Origin: Obrimoposthia wandeli
Taxonomy: Eukaryota
Direction: 5' to 3'
Length of the DNA: 64,000 nt
NCBI GenBank assembly: GCA_977020255.1
Contig: CDROCS010002056.1
Span: forward strand, 124,001-188,000
Positions 40,101 to 52,400 of this stretch are shown one piece after another. The translations under genes and the position numbers were made by a program. The notes beneath the pieces are model-generated. The model saw nothing but the letters and a program-made list of their open reading frames with translations. It searched no databases and was not told where the DNA came from. Positions within the stretch are counted from its first letter, which is position 1; the number at the start of each line of letters is the position of its first letter.

Positions 40101-43100
40101 TAAAAACTGGGACATAGCCCACCCGTACAAATTATTTAAATCAATGTACAAAAGTTCTGTACCATTGATGGCGTCAACGCGGTGTTCATTAACAAATGTC
40201 ATACCCCCGCGAATCCCAGACCGGAAGAGTCGGTACATTTCTGGATCCTGTATTAGCTCGACTCGCACAAAGGGAGCAGAAGAAGAAGCCGGACGAAGCA
40301 GGGATTTGAAAGCACTCGCGAAAGTCAGTCCTGGAAATAAAAATATTTATTAAAATCATTGTGAAAATCATTGTGAAAATCATTACTTTGAAAATCATCT
40401 ATCTAACAAAGACAGTCTCGCATCTATATTGCAAATACTTGCATCTTTATGCAATCAATAGTAACAAGTACTACATTTATTCTTATACATGTATATATAT
40501 ATGTGTTAGTGTCTAAAATTAGAAAAAGTTAGTAAAATACAAACCAGGGATGGAGAAGAAATTGAGTGGCTCCAATCCATCGTCAGCAATGGCCTTGGTC
40601 CGGAATGCTGTAAACACGTCTGCTAGAAGGTAGACGTCCATCTTCATATAGACCAGCATATAGTCCCAGAGCGATGAGTAGTCGCTCTGAGTCCAGACCA
40701 TCTTCGCCATTTCATATTGTGCTGGCTTGATCTTCTCATCCCACTTTGGCGGTAAGCTGGTGATTGCGCGAAGAGCAGTCTCTGATACTGCCATATCGTA
40801 TGGGAAGATTCCCTTGGCGCTCACCAGATGTTGCGGGAAGACCGAATGTGTAAGAGGAGTCACACCCAGGTTTTCCACAAGTTTTTCTAAGCTGCTGTTC
40901 AAAAATTGAAGGGAATCGATGAAACGTATACAGACTCCTCCAATATACACCATCATAGCCTGGAATTTCTCTGTTGATTGAGGTATAACAGATACATTCC
41001 AGTCGGGAAAATTGCATAGTGCGTGCTTCAATATATGGAGCATGTCATAACCCATAAGATTATGAAAAATGACGGGAAAAGATCGATTGATTCTCCTTGA
41101 TAAGTTGCATTTCGTATGCGCTGCTCCCAGGTATTCGCCAGTCATGTGATCGTGATCTCGAACTTTGTTTGCGAGTTTCTTCTTACACAGGTAACAGATT
41201 CTTGCTGCATTGAAACTCGATACCTGTTCCTGTGTGAGTTGTCGCATCACCTCGATCGCATGCTTCTTGTACCATGGGAGAACAACCTCTTTCGCCAAGT
41301 CCTCTAATTTTTGCAAAAAGGATACCACACAAGATTCCCCGGTAAAGACCGAGTAATCATGTGTATACCCTCTCGTGGCTGCAACGGGAGACATGAGCAT
41401 ACCGGCCGAGATTGGAAGTTGAATCTGATGGTGGATTCCATGTGGCGGCAGCACAGCCTCAAAGTCCGCGTAAACAGCAAAAGGCGGAGAAATCGTTTTT
41501 GAAAAGTCCTTAAACTCAATATGCTTCTCTGTAGGCATTGAATAAATAATTTGTTGATTGATGCTTGCTTATATACTATTTTCGAGCTAGTATTAAGCCA
41601 ATCAGATTCATTCATTATTTAAACCAACCAGATTAATTTAAAACAGAATAGTTTACTGACAGATGTGAGTAGTTGAATTTTCATTAATATTTAAATAATC
41701 CAAACTAGCTGCAAAGCATTTCTTGTATGCACAATGCTCGCCATGTTTAATATATGGACAATTGATATTTGATGGATTTAATTGTTTTAATGTTTTCGAG
41801 TAATTTATCACTCTAAATTCAGGAAAATATTTATTGATTGTCTTTATTTTAGCTCCATTATTTTCATCCAAAACATAGAAAATTGATTTGGATACATCAC
41901 AACAACGTTTTATTTCCTCAGTTATTTCTTGTATCTTGAAATAACTATTACCATCAACTAGTTTTAGTCGATGGTAATGCTTAATGAGATATCTATTTAT
42001 TTTTCTTGATTTTCTATTCATCATGTCCCATATGGGTTGCATTTTAAAAACATAATGTTTAGGATAGAAGATTGCATCCACATCTATTATACATAGTTCT
42101 TTTATTACAAATTCAGTATTATTATCAATAAAAGCTTCAAAATCAATAAAATAAACAGACATTTTTATAGCAATAATTTTATTTGATATTGTTTATATCT
42201 ATTGTTTATGCTTTAACCAAAGCAGAGAGAGTTGTCCACATGACTGTGTTAAAACATTTTGATAATGTTTCTTACTAAAATGTACTTTCTTTCCAGAATC
42301 AAGTACTGTAGATACTAATTTAGAAGGGTAATATATCCCAAAGGGGTCAAAAACAAAGATTTCATTTTCTTTAACATGTATTGCAATCCAATGTTCACCA
42401 CGCAAATTAGATGAATGTGTATTGATTACATATCCACCTAGTCGAGTCAAAGACTGATCAAGGCTGTAGACTCCATTGAAACACGTACCGAGTAGTTTTC
42501 TTCCGCTTTTTGTTATCTCGTCCGAACTAGAATATATATTAATTAATAAATTCAAACTGACTTACTTCATTTATATATCTTCTTTATTGTTTTCATTCTG
42601 TTTATACTAGTACTGTTCCTCCCTTGGTAATTTGAACCTCAGAATCGAATACTCCATAGATTATAATATTAGTAGGGTGTTCAAGTGCTTTTGAAAACTT
42701 GATTTCTACTTTCAAATTTACCTGTTTAGGGATTTGAGCTTGATTAATATCGAAATCAGGAGAGAGAACAAATGTGAACAGTGTATACTTGTCCTTGAAA
42801 TCAGTCATTGAAATTCCAATATTAGCATCCTTATCCAAATGACCAAGATTTCTAATTAAAGATTGCACATAAGAAAACACATAATCATCGTTTTCAAAGT
42901 CATTCGTATAAGATTCTTGATAATCAATATTTCGTGCAAGTTTAATTGAACTCACATTCATGTGTCCAAATTGAGAAACCTCATTTTTAGACTCACCTCC
43001 ATAGGTAGACGTGTTTTGGAAAGCAATTAAAACAAAGTTTGGAAGTTGCATATCACCAAAAATCTGATCCTTGTAATAAGATAGTGCTCCCGTAGGGATA

Positions 43101-46100
43101 GCGTGAGAAACAAGATTAGTTTTTCTAATAGGATAACATGCATTTTGCTTCTCCAACCCCATTCGATGTGCAACAAGTACAGATGGTTCCACCTTTACTC
43201 GTCGAACCAGCAGTTTTGCTTCCGTAATCTCAATTGCGGTTTTAATAGTATCAGCGCAAACAACACTAAAACCTACTGGATTTCTTTTCATTCGAATATG
43301 TGCACTTACACCGGGTAAAATATACTTTGGTTGCTTAAAGAAATCCAAATGGAGACTCCCACAAAGTGACAATACTTTAGACTTTGCAATCGAAGCAATT
43401 CTTCTTTTTTCATCATTGTCAAACCCAATTGCATCAAGATTAATCAATTTCGTATCATTACCGTAATTCAACAATGTTTCAATCATTGCTTTATGACTGT
43501 AACTAGTATTATTTCCCTCAACTTTCACATTATTGAGACTGAGAATCACATCCTTGAAAAGAGTATGCAACATGTAATTAGCTGATTTGATATCCATACC
43601 ATCATCCAAATCACCTCCACCTTCCTTTGTAACTTTCAATTTAACGAGAAATCAACTATCATTCAAATCAAGATATTGAGTATTGGATCCATTAATATTG
43701 AATTCTAAATCCGGAGAAGATGTCCCGTTAACCGTATTTGTTGGAAATATTTCTTCAAAACTAGCACTATCAACCACAACCTGAGGTATAGGTTTATCGA
43801 ATATACACAATTCAGTTTTAGCACAACTCATTACTTAAAAATTGTTCCACCTAGTTTCAAACGTTTGAGTGAACGTACATCCTCTTGATTATAATGATGC
43901 ATCTTTAACTTTAATGTCGGTAAATCATATTTTTGATTTGGTAATTCCGATTCATAAAACATACTTTCAATAGGAGCTTCTTTCATACCGTATCTTAATG
44001 CTAAACTTTTATTATCAATTTCTAAATTGAAAGCTTGTCCCGTAGTGCGAGTTATACAAATTTTGTTTTCGCCGCTAAGGTAAATAACATATTTACTATT
44101 AATTGGAGTTAAATACTTGACGAAAAATTCTCCATGTTTCATTTTCACACCAGCTTCAACTTCAGTTTTTATTCTTTTCTCCGCAACATAATCTATAATT
44201 GACCCTCCTTTAATGGATAGAGGAGAGTAATTGAAAGAAAATTCCGTCAGAGCAGCTTCCCAATGCCCAGGTAAATTGATTGAGCTTTGATAATCAATAC
44301 TAAAACTATTAGCAGTATTATTCGGCTGAGTTAATGGTGAACCATTACTTGGTAATACAACATACATTGAGTTCATTCTATTTGAGAAGCTAATATCCAA
44401 CTAGGTTCAGTATATCCATGCCACTTAACATGATATTGTTTATGCTTTCCTCTACCTTTTGTCTCTAAAATTTCTTGGATTCTATATACATTTGATTTCT
44501 CAGGCAAGACTTGTAATTCCTCATGATAAAATTTACCCGTGATTACATTATTGGTTTCATCCTCAATGAAATACATTACCGGCATACGTTTATTATCAAT
44601 TTTAGTTATACGAAATACTTCATCGCTCCAATTCTCTTTGAAATTCTTTATAAAAGGAGTAGTACTAATTTGAGAAATACGTACATAATCACCAACTTTA
44701 TACTTGGGTTTCCGCGCAACTTGACTTTGGTTACGGCGTTGCCAAATTTCCATAGCATTCTCATCTGTAACATCAACGGGTCTCTTTCGGTCTAATGATG
44801 AGTGTTGACTATGATTGTATGCATGTATTATTTGAGGTAAAACAGTAACCCAGGACTTATTTCCCTGCTTTGTGAAATACGTTTTCAAACGATCTCTCAA
44901 TGTTCGATTAAAACGTTCAACTAAAGCGGCTTTATATTGGGAAAATACTGAGTAATGATTAATATTATGTTTTTTCAATAGTGTTTCAACATGTTTATTA
45001 TAAAACTCCTTTCCACTATCCGTTTGGAAATTTCTTGGTTTTATTTCTTTAATCAAAAGCTTCATTGCGGTTAAAACATCGGTACCAGACTTAGACTTTA
45101 ATGGAATAGCTCGCGCGAATCTGCTAAAGACATCAACACAAGTTAAAATATATCGATATCCGTCGTTAATACTCGCATACGGAATCATTTCCATCAAATC
45201 TGCTTGCCATAAATCATTCGGGCCGCTCGTTTTGTATGATCTCGTTGGGAACCGACGTCTCATTGGTTTGTTTAAGCTGTAAGATAATTGATTTCTCAAC
45301 CACGCCTGAGTTTCCTGCTTTGTCTTCTTTGACTCTTTTGCTAATTTTGAAACCCCTGTGTAACCAACGGGATGACTTGGATCGAACCATATTTTCTCCA
45401 TTGCAGCAAGACGATTTGATTTTTAAATTGAATTTAGGAATAGATGGAAGTGATCCCATATATAAATTCATATTATTGATTCGAATTTATGTTTATAATC
45501 ATCGGTTTATTAGTCTACTAGCAAGTGCACTAACTATTGAGCTAATAATTGGTACGAGAAATCCTAAAAATCCACCACTTTGCTTATAAAGCAACTTACG
45601 TTTACCGATTCGTGTTTTGGCATGAAACAAAGCAAGTAGAGGTTTCTTATGCCGATTCAGGTTAGCCTTGACAATTATTTTACCAGAAACTATTTTCTGT
45701 ATCATATTAAGTAAATCATCAATTACAAAAGTAGGGAATGATTTAAGAATAGCTGGGCGGCGAATAGCAGGTGCACGCATGAGAGAATTGAAATAGGCAA
45801 TACTCCTAGATTTCTTAACAACAGTTCTTTTCGATTTTTGAGCAACCATTTTCCTTGCACTTAAAACTGATTTAATCAATTTTTTAACTTCGGGTTTAAC
45901 AGTTTCCTTTTTAAAATTCATCTTCTCAAAACTGGTTTCTTTGTTTGTTTATAGACGGTTATTCCCGATGGATTGAATACATCAGTTCTAACTCTAAAGT
46001 CATCGGGACAATCTTGAGTAAAATCAATAAAAATGTATCCATGAGGAATAGTAGTTGCATCTTGAAATGAATCAATTAAAAACTTTCTATTATTCGGGTA

Positions 46101-49100
46101 AGCTTGTCTTGAAACAAATTCAACAACCGTCTGATCACGTGGATTCTTGAAGAGAACAAGGTAATGTACATTTAAATTACGAGTTCTATGGTTCCCTCCT
46201 TGATGAAATAGATTTTGTGTGATGAAAATAACAGTTACTTACCGATGTCGAGCTATTTTAGTGAATAAATTATTGAGATCACTCTCTTTATTTACTTCTT
46301 GATATAAATCATCAATAACAATAACATCATGTCGTTGTAATCGCTCAGACCAATTATCATCGAATCCATTAATGACTTTTATATTTTTGATTTTCTTAAA
46401 CTCTTTACTGGTTAAACCAGCTTCTCCATCTCCTCCCTGATGCATGTATATTTTATTAAACTTAAAACTAAAGTATTTATTATTTTGCAGTAATTTACAT
46501 ACAAAGTGTGTTTTCCCACTACCACTAGGACCTACAATCTGAAAAACTGAATTATTTTTTAAGTTCATATTAAAAATATTAGATTATCGGGATAATGTTT
46601 ATAAGACAAAACTATTTAAAATATTTTATTACGAAACATCCAGCAACAAACAATAAAAAACTCTTCTCGTAGAAAAAGCTCCTTTTCTCTTCTTTGTTTG
46701 CGAGTTTCTTCTGATTGTATCCCTGAATGAGAAGATTGACTGCCTTGTCGTGCACCATTCTTCTTACGTGCTCCTCCAGGGGTAGATTTGAGACATCAAT
46801 GAGTTGTAGGACATCTGGTTGTATGACATTCTTCGAGATGAAGACACTAAAGACACTGACTAATAAAGACACTAAAGACACTGACTAATAAAGACACTGA
46901 TTAAAGATACAGACGAATAAAATTTACACATGATAACGATTAAAAATACGTATTTGATGAAGCATAGCTTCATTAGGAGCAGCAATAGTCCGTTTAGCTT
47001 TAACAAGATTCGAAGCAGCAGTAACACCAATCGAATGAGATAAAAATGCAATAACAATGCAAGCAGCATGTAAACTACCATAATGACTACATACTAAAAT
47101 ATTACCACCATTTTCGATAGTTTCTTTAATTATATTATTAGTCTGTTTATAATACTTCATTATTGTTTCTCCTAATTTTGAGTTTACAAAGACAGAAGTA
47201 TATTTTAATTTCTTATAAGATATTTTATCCAGTATAGATGTATTGATTACATGAGTGAAATTGGAATTCAAAAGATTAGTTTCATCAAACCCATCTCGAT
47301 AATTACCAATATATAATTGATTTACTAAAATCTCACTCATCGCTGTTTTGTTTAACTTTTCTACATTAAGTTGAGTAAATCTAGCACTAAACAAACTATC
47401 AAAATGATGGGTCATGTGGTTCATTTCCATACTCGAAGCATGAGCTATTATGGGTTCCATAAAAGCCAAAGCATTTAAAAAATCTATCCGTCTCTTATCT
47501 TCAATAATTGGATCTATAATAATTTCTTCTTCTATCGTCACTTCATCAATAGTTTCTTCTCTTCTTATAACTGTTGTTATTGTTGCTGGTGGTGATGATG
47601 TTACTGATGATGTTGCTGGCGATGATGTTGTTGGCGATGATATTGCTGGTAGTGATGATGTTGCTGGCGATGATGTTGTTGGCGATGATATTGCTGGTAG
47701 TGATGATGTTGCTGGCAATGATGTTGCTTCTGGTGCTGAATTGATTTTCTCCATTTTATCAATTCCGAGTCAATTTAGTCTTATATATTAAACAAGGTTA
47801 GATTTCATTGGAGCATCAGTTTCATCATATGATTTGATTGGAGTATTATTCAATCTTTCCATTGTACTTAACATCTCATGTAAATGTAGTTGATGACGTA
47901 ACCTAAAGAGTTAAATAAACTACATATAAATATTACTCATGATTATTTTTCCTAATTAAAGCATTGAGAATAACTGAAGCAAGATCTTTTAATGCATCCT
48001 GAACCTCTTTACATTCAATAATTTCATCCATTTTATGATAAAGCAAATCAAATATTGTTTATAACCCATGAAAAATCTATTTTTAGACCACAACTATTTG
48101 CAACATTACAACGTTTGCAACTATTTGCAAGTAATGACATGTGATGTCTTTGTCTTAGTATAAACAATATTTTGATAATGATTTTATTGAAAATGGATAA
48201 TCAAAATAATCAAAATAATGAAAGTAGAGCTAGTACATACATAGGTTCCGGTAGTAATTTATATTCTAATATGAATTATAATAGAAATAATCAGAGAGAA
48301 CATATTAATCCATTAAGTCAAACAATAACAAGTCCTACGCGCGTAACCGAAGAACGTGAACCCTTTAAGGATATGACTAATACTAGACGATAAAGAAGAA
48401 TATTAACCAATTGAGACTAATCGATTTTCATAAACAAGAATATCGACCAATTAGAATCGAGCTTTAGAGGATAAACAATTGAATATTTCAATTTATAATT
48501 GTCAATATGAATTTCGAAAAGCTATATCAACCTATGCATACATATTATGGATATGAGATGCACTTTTTGAAGAAAGCTCATAACTATAATTTTATTTTTC
48601 CTGTCAACATCGAGCCGCTTAAATTTGATTTTGAAATATCAAATTTGACTTCTGTGGATAAAGAGAGAATCAATATTCTCTTGACTCAATTCGGAATCAA
48701 CTATGTGCTTCAGGAAAACAAATTCGTAATCAAAGGATCAACTGCCACTTTCAAGCATGAGAATGGAACAATATTCGATGGACCTCCTCCTAAGCTAGAA
48801 TGGATTCTCTCAATCAGAATTCAAGGTTGCAAGATCGGGCCCAGTGGATTTGAAACTCCGATATGGAAAATAATTGATGCTGTTAGAGTTGACTAATAAA
48901 TATTTGTGTCTTTATTTGTATTATTTTATATATATAAACAATAGTGATACTTTAATATTTATTATGAAAATGACTAAAAAACCTACTAAATCATTAAAGA
49001 CTAAGGTTAAAAAGACTATGAGTAAAAAGACTATGAGTAAAAAGAAAATCATGGAGGGTTTGGGTATTCATATGATGGCAGCAAATCTTTTAGGTAGATG

Positions 49101-49370
49101 GTTTGGCGGAGTTGATAAAAAAGCTATAAAGCACAAAAAGAATGTGGATTATTTGAGAGGTATACAAAATCAGAAACGAGTGCAAAAAGGAGATGGTATA
49201 CAAAAAGGGGATGGTATGCTTGATATTTTTGTAAAATTAGATAAACTTACAAAAGCATTTGAAAAGGATCCTAGTGCCTATCTTGGTCCAAAACTAAACA
49301 TTTTAGCAAACCAACCAAAAACTTTGTAATTACATTGCAATATAGATGCAGAGTGTCTTTGTTAGACACT

Positions 49371-49412
<42 letters not shown>

Positions 49413-52400
49413 AATAAATGTTACTATTGATTACATAAAGATGCAAGTATTTGCAATATAGCTGCAGTACGTGACTGTCTTTGTTAAACATAGGAACGTT
49501 TAAACATGATTAACAAATTATATAATACTTTATTTTATAAGTAGATAGTTTAATTTAATTTAGTTTAAATAAATTTATCAAATTATATAATACTTTATTT
49601 TATAAGTAGATAATTTAATTTAAATTATAAAACACACACACACACTAGATGTATTTTGTTGAATTGGTGTTAATACAGTCTTTAGATAAAAATATATATA
49701 GATTTAAAGAATGTTACAAAAAATAGAATCTTTTTGAACTCACCGTGACCTTAAGTTGTCCTCATGACGTCATGACCTTAAGTTGACCTTAAAGTACATT
49801 GTCCTCATCATGAGCTTAACTTGACCTTAAAGTACATTGTCCTCATGACGTCATGACCTTAAGTTGACCTTAAAGTACATTGACCTTAACTTGACCTCAT
49901 GACCTACATCTTGTCCGCACCGTGACCTTAAGTTGACCTCATGAGGTCATGTCCTCACCGTGACCTTAAACTGTGCTCAAGGGGGGGGGTATGCTCAAAA
50001 TGTCTTTGTCCTGAAAGACACACATCCCCCTACTTGATGTGTGTCTTTCAGGACAAAGACATTTTTCCTGAGCATAGGGGGGGTCATGACCTCATGAGGT
50101 CATGACCTACATCTTGACCTCACCGTGACCTTAACTTGACCTACATTTTTTGTCCTCAACTTGACCTTAAAAAATTTTGTCCTCAGGGGGGGGGCTTTGT
50201 TCCAGAAGTGCCACATCTACCTACTTTCGTGAACAATTCTGGTGATAATTTATAAAGGAGACAATACAATAAAAATGAATGCCTTATTGTATGAAGTCTG
50301 CATCACAAGTTATATTAGTTAGGCTGTTAGATTAGTTGAGATTCGACGGAATTTAAAGTAATATCTAAATCGGAGAACTTGGGAAAATATTGAAAGAAAT
50401 GGTATGTAAAAAGGTATATATATATTTATATATCAGAAAAAGTGACAAAGCGTGGCAGGTAACTCTTGAGTAGGCAAGTTGACGTTTATGTCGATTAGGG
50501 TATCGAGTTCCACACCATTGCCGATGAGGTCTAGCTCTTTTAAGCTTTTGAACTCATAGAGGTATTCGAGTGTATTCAAGACAGTACTCGTTGACATTGA
50601 TGCTAGGTATTCGTTATAACCAAAATCTACTGTATACGATTTGTGTTAAATCAAAACATGTAGTTTATAAGAAAATTTCAGTTTTTAAAATTATATCAAT
50701 TGATTAATGAACACAACTCAGGTTATATTCAATATCCAACATCAATAACAATCACTTCAATTGTTTTGCTTGTCGTAGATAAGCAACAATAAGTTACTGT
50801 ATATATATATTGATATCAGAGTTTTGTTCCACATTGTTGATAAATGTTACCTTCAAATTTGAGAAAGATCAGGGTAAGCCCTTCAATAAGTCACAGTATG
50901 TTAGAAACTCATAAGTTGGAGACTAGATTAACTAGTGAAACAATGCTGAAGCCAATATAGGGAATATTTAGTATTTAAAATATTAAATTTGATTGAAAAA
51001 AACTGACTTCATATTTAGAAAGTTTCCATTGTAGATTAGGGAAAACTAGGCGATAAATATACATAAACCGGTATTTTTATTTAGCTAAACTAGGAAAGCG
51101 GTATGTTGACAAAGACGGGAATGAGTACGAAGTCGTGGTAGATCCTCTAACTGGTAAGAAATATAAAAGGTGGGCACTATAGATTTCTTGAAAATTATCT
51201 TAAAACAATAAATCGAATTTTCATGACATTTTCCATTTTTTAGAATTCTACAAAAAGCAGATGGTCTTCCTCCAAAGTTCAGAACCAAAAGTGGAAGAGT
51301 AATAACTGAGAAAGACATACAGAAAAGGAAAAACCTCAAACAAGGAAAAAGGAATGAAGACAGCAATAGTGACTTCAGGTTTGTCTGATGATAATTTATT
51401 TTGATGTTGTGTTTATTAAAAAAACATCTGATATTTGACATTTCCATCTCGAGTATCCTTTATAAATATTCTATAACTTTAAAATAAAATGTTTAAACAA
51501 ATTAGACAATTAGTATACCGTCAAATATCGGCCTAATGTTTTCCCTAAACTGTATTCAAATCCAGGAAGAGCTTACTCCTCCAAATGAGTGCTTGCTTAT
51601 CGGACAATCTCATTTATATGACAAATGTCAAGGCTTGAAGTAGTATATTTTATAAATTTTATTATTATTGCTAAAAATATAATTAATAATTTTCTAAATA
51701 GTTTTATTCATGAATTATTTTAAATCATTCAGTTATTCAGTAAAATTTCTCCCACGCACCTATACATATGGGTATGGTAGGTCTTATGCAGCATACCTGG
51801 TTTAGTTCCGTGTCAGATTTAATTCAGCTTCCATCTATGTCTTCATGGGATGGCACCGCCCGGGTTGGTTCCTGTGCAACGTTGCTGGTATTGATGTTGA
51901 ACTCATTCCATCTAGAGAAGTTATATTACAATAAAAAATCTAAATATGATCTCGAGTTTATCTTTGCTATTCGTTTGATGGCTGGGTGGTTTCTTTCGAC
52001 TATTTCATTTTCTTTGAGTCGGTAAGCACAACGTAAAGTTTTTTCATATCTCATTTCAAACAGACATTTCAAACAATTTCTGATGGAAAACGTAAGCCAT
52101 TCTCCATTAACAGTTTAATCACAGGTCCTCTTTATCTGAATAATTCGTCAATAATCAAAGAATTCCATACGAAAATATTTCTTGACATACAGTCAATCAA
52201 TTTCTTTTCGTAATAAGTTATGTTGATTTCTAGTTATGACTATTTAAAAAAAATATTTATGTGTTTCAATTTTGATTTAGGATATATATATATATATATA
52301 AATTGTCTCCCATAAAATTGAGACTATTGTCGATCCAATTTGTCAGAATCCTAGACGACAATCAATGCATTTAGAAAAGCAAGTGGATGAAATGATTGAA

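Larger units (their letters stand above)
38039..50225 (-). mobile_element. Maverick/Polinton (adintovirus-like) element, copy B, 12187 bp, both ends present, internally deleted
   Basis: AGTAGG...CCTACT termini, long TIRs, perfect 6-bp TSD TTCGTG at 38033-38038 and 50226-50231, and the core gene set pPolB/INT/ATPase/protease/MCP/mCP. Confidence 0.97.

Noticed and set aside
39672-43654. TGA reassignment or alternative genetic code explaining the in-frame stops
   Set aside because: WASH1 ends in TGA, the expected residues differ (Gly and Leu), and the third stop is TAA
46230-46245. Perfect GTAAGT donor at the ATPase premature stop, suggesting an intron
   Set aside because: The sequence right after it encodes the conserved VTVIFITQNLF motif in frame, so splicing would delete essential residues; a nonsense mutation is simpler
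47450-47791. Plus-strand 113-aa ORF, and similar shadow ORFs at 35847-36143, 44523-44795, 45236-45589 and 11147-11521
   Set aside because: Antisense shadows of real coding sequences
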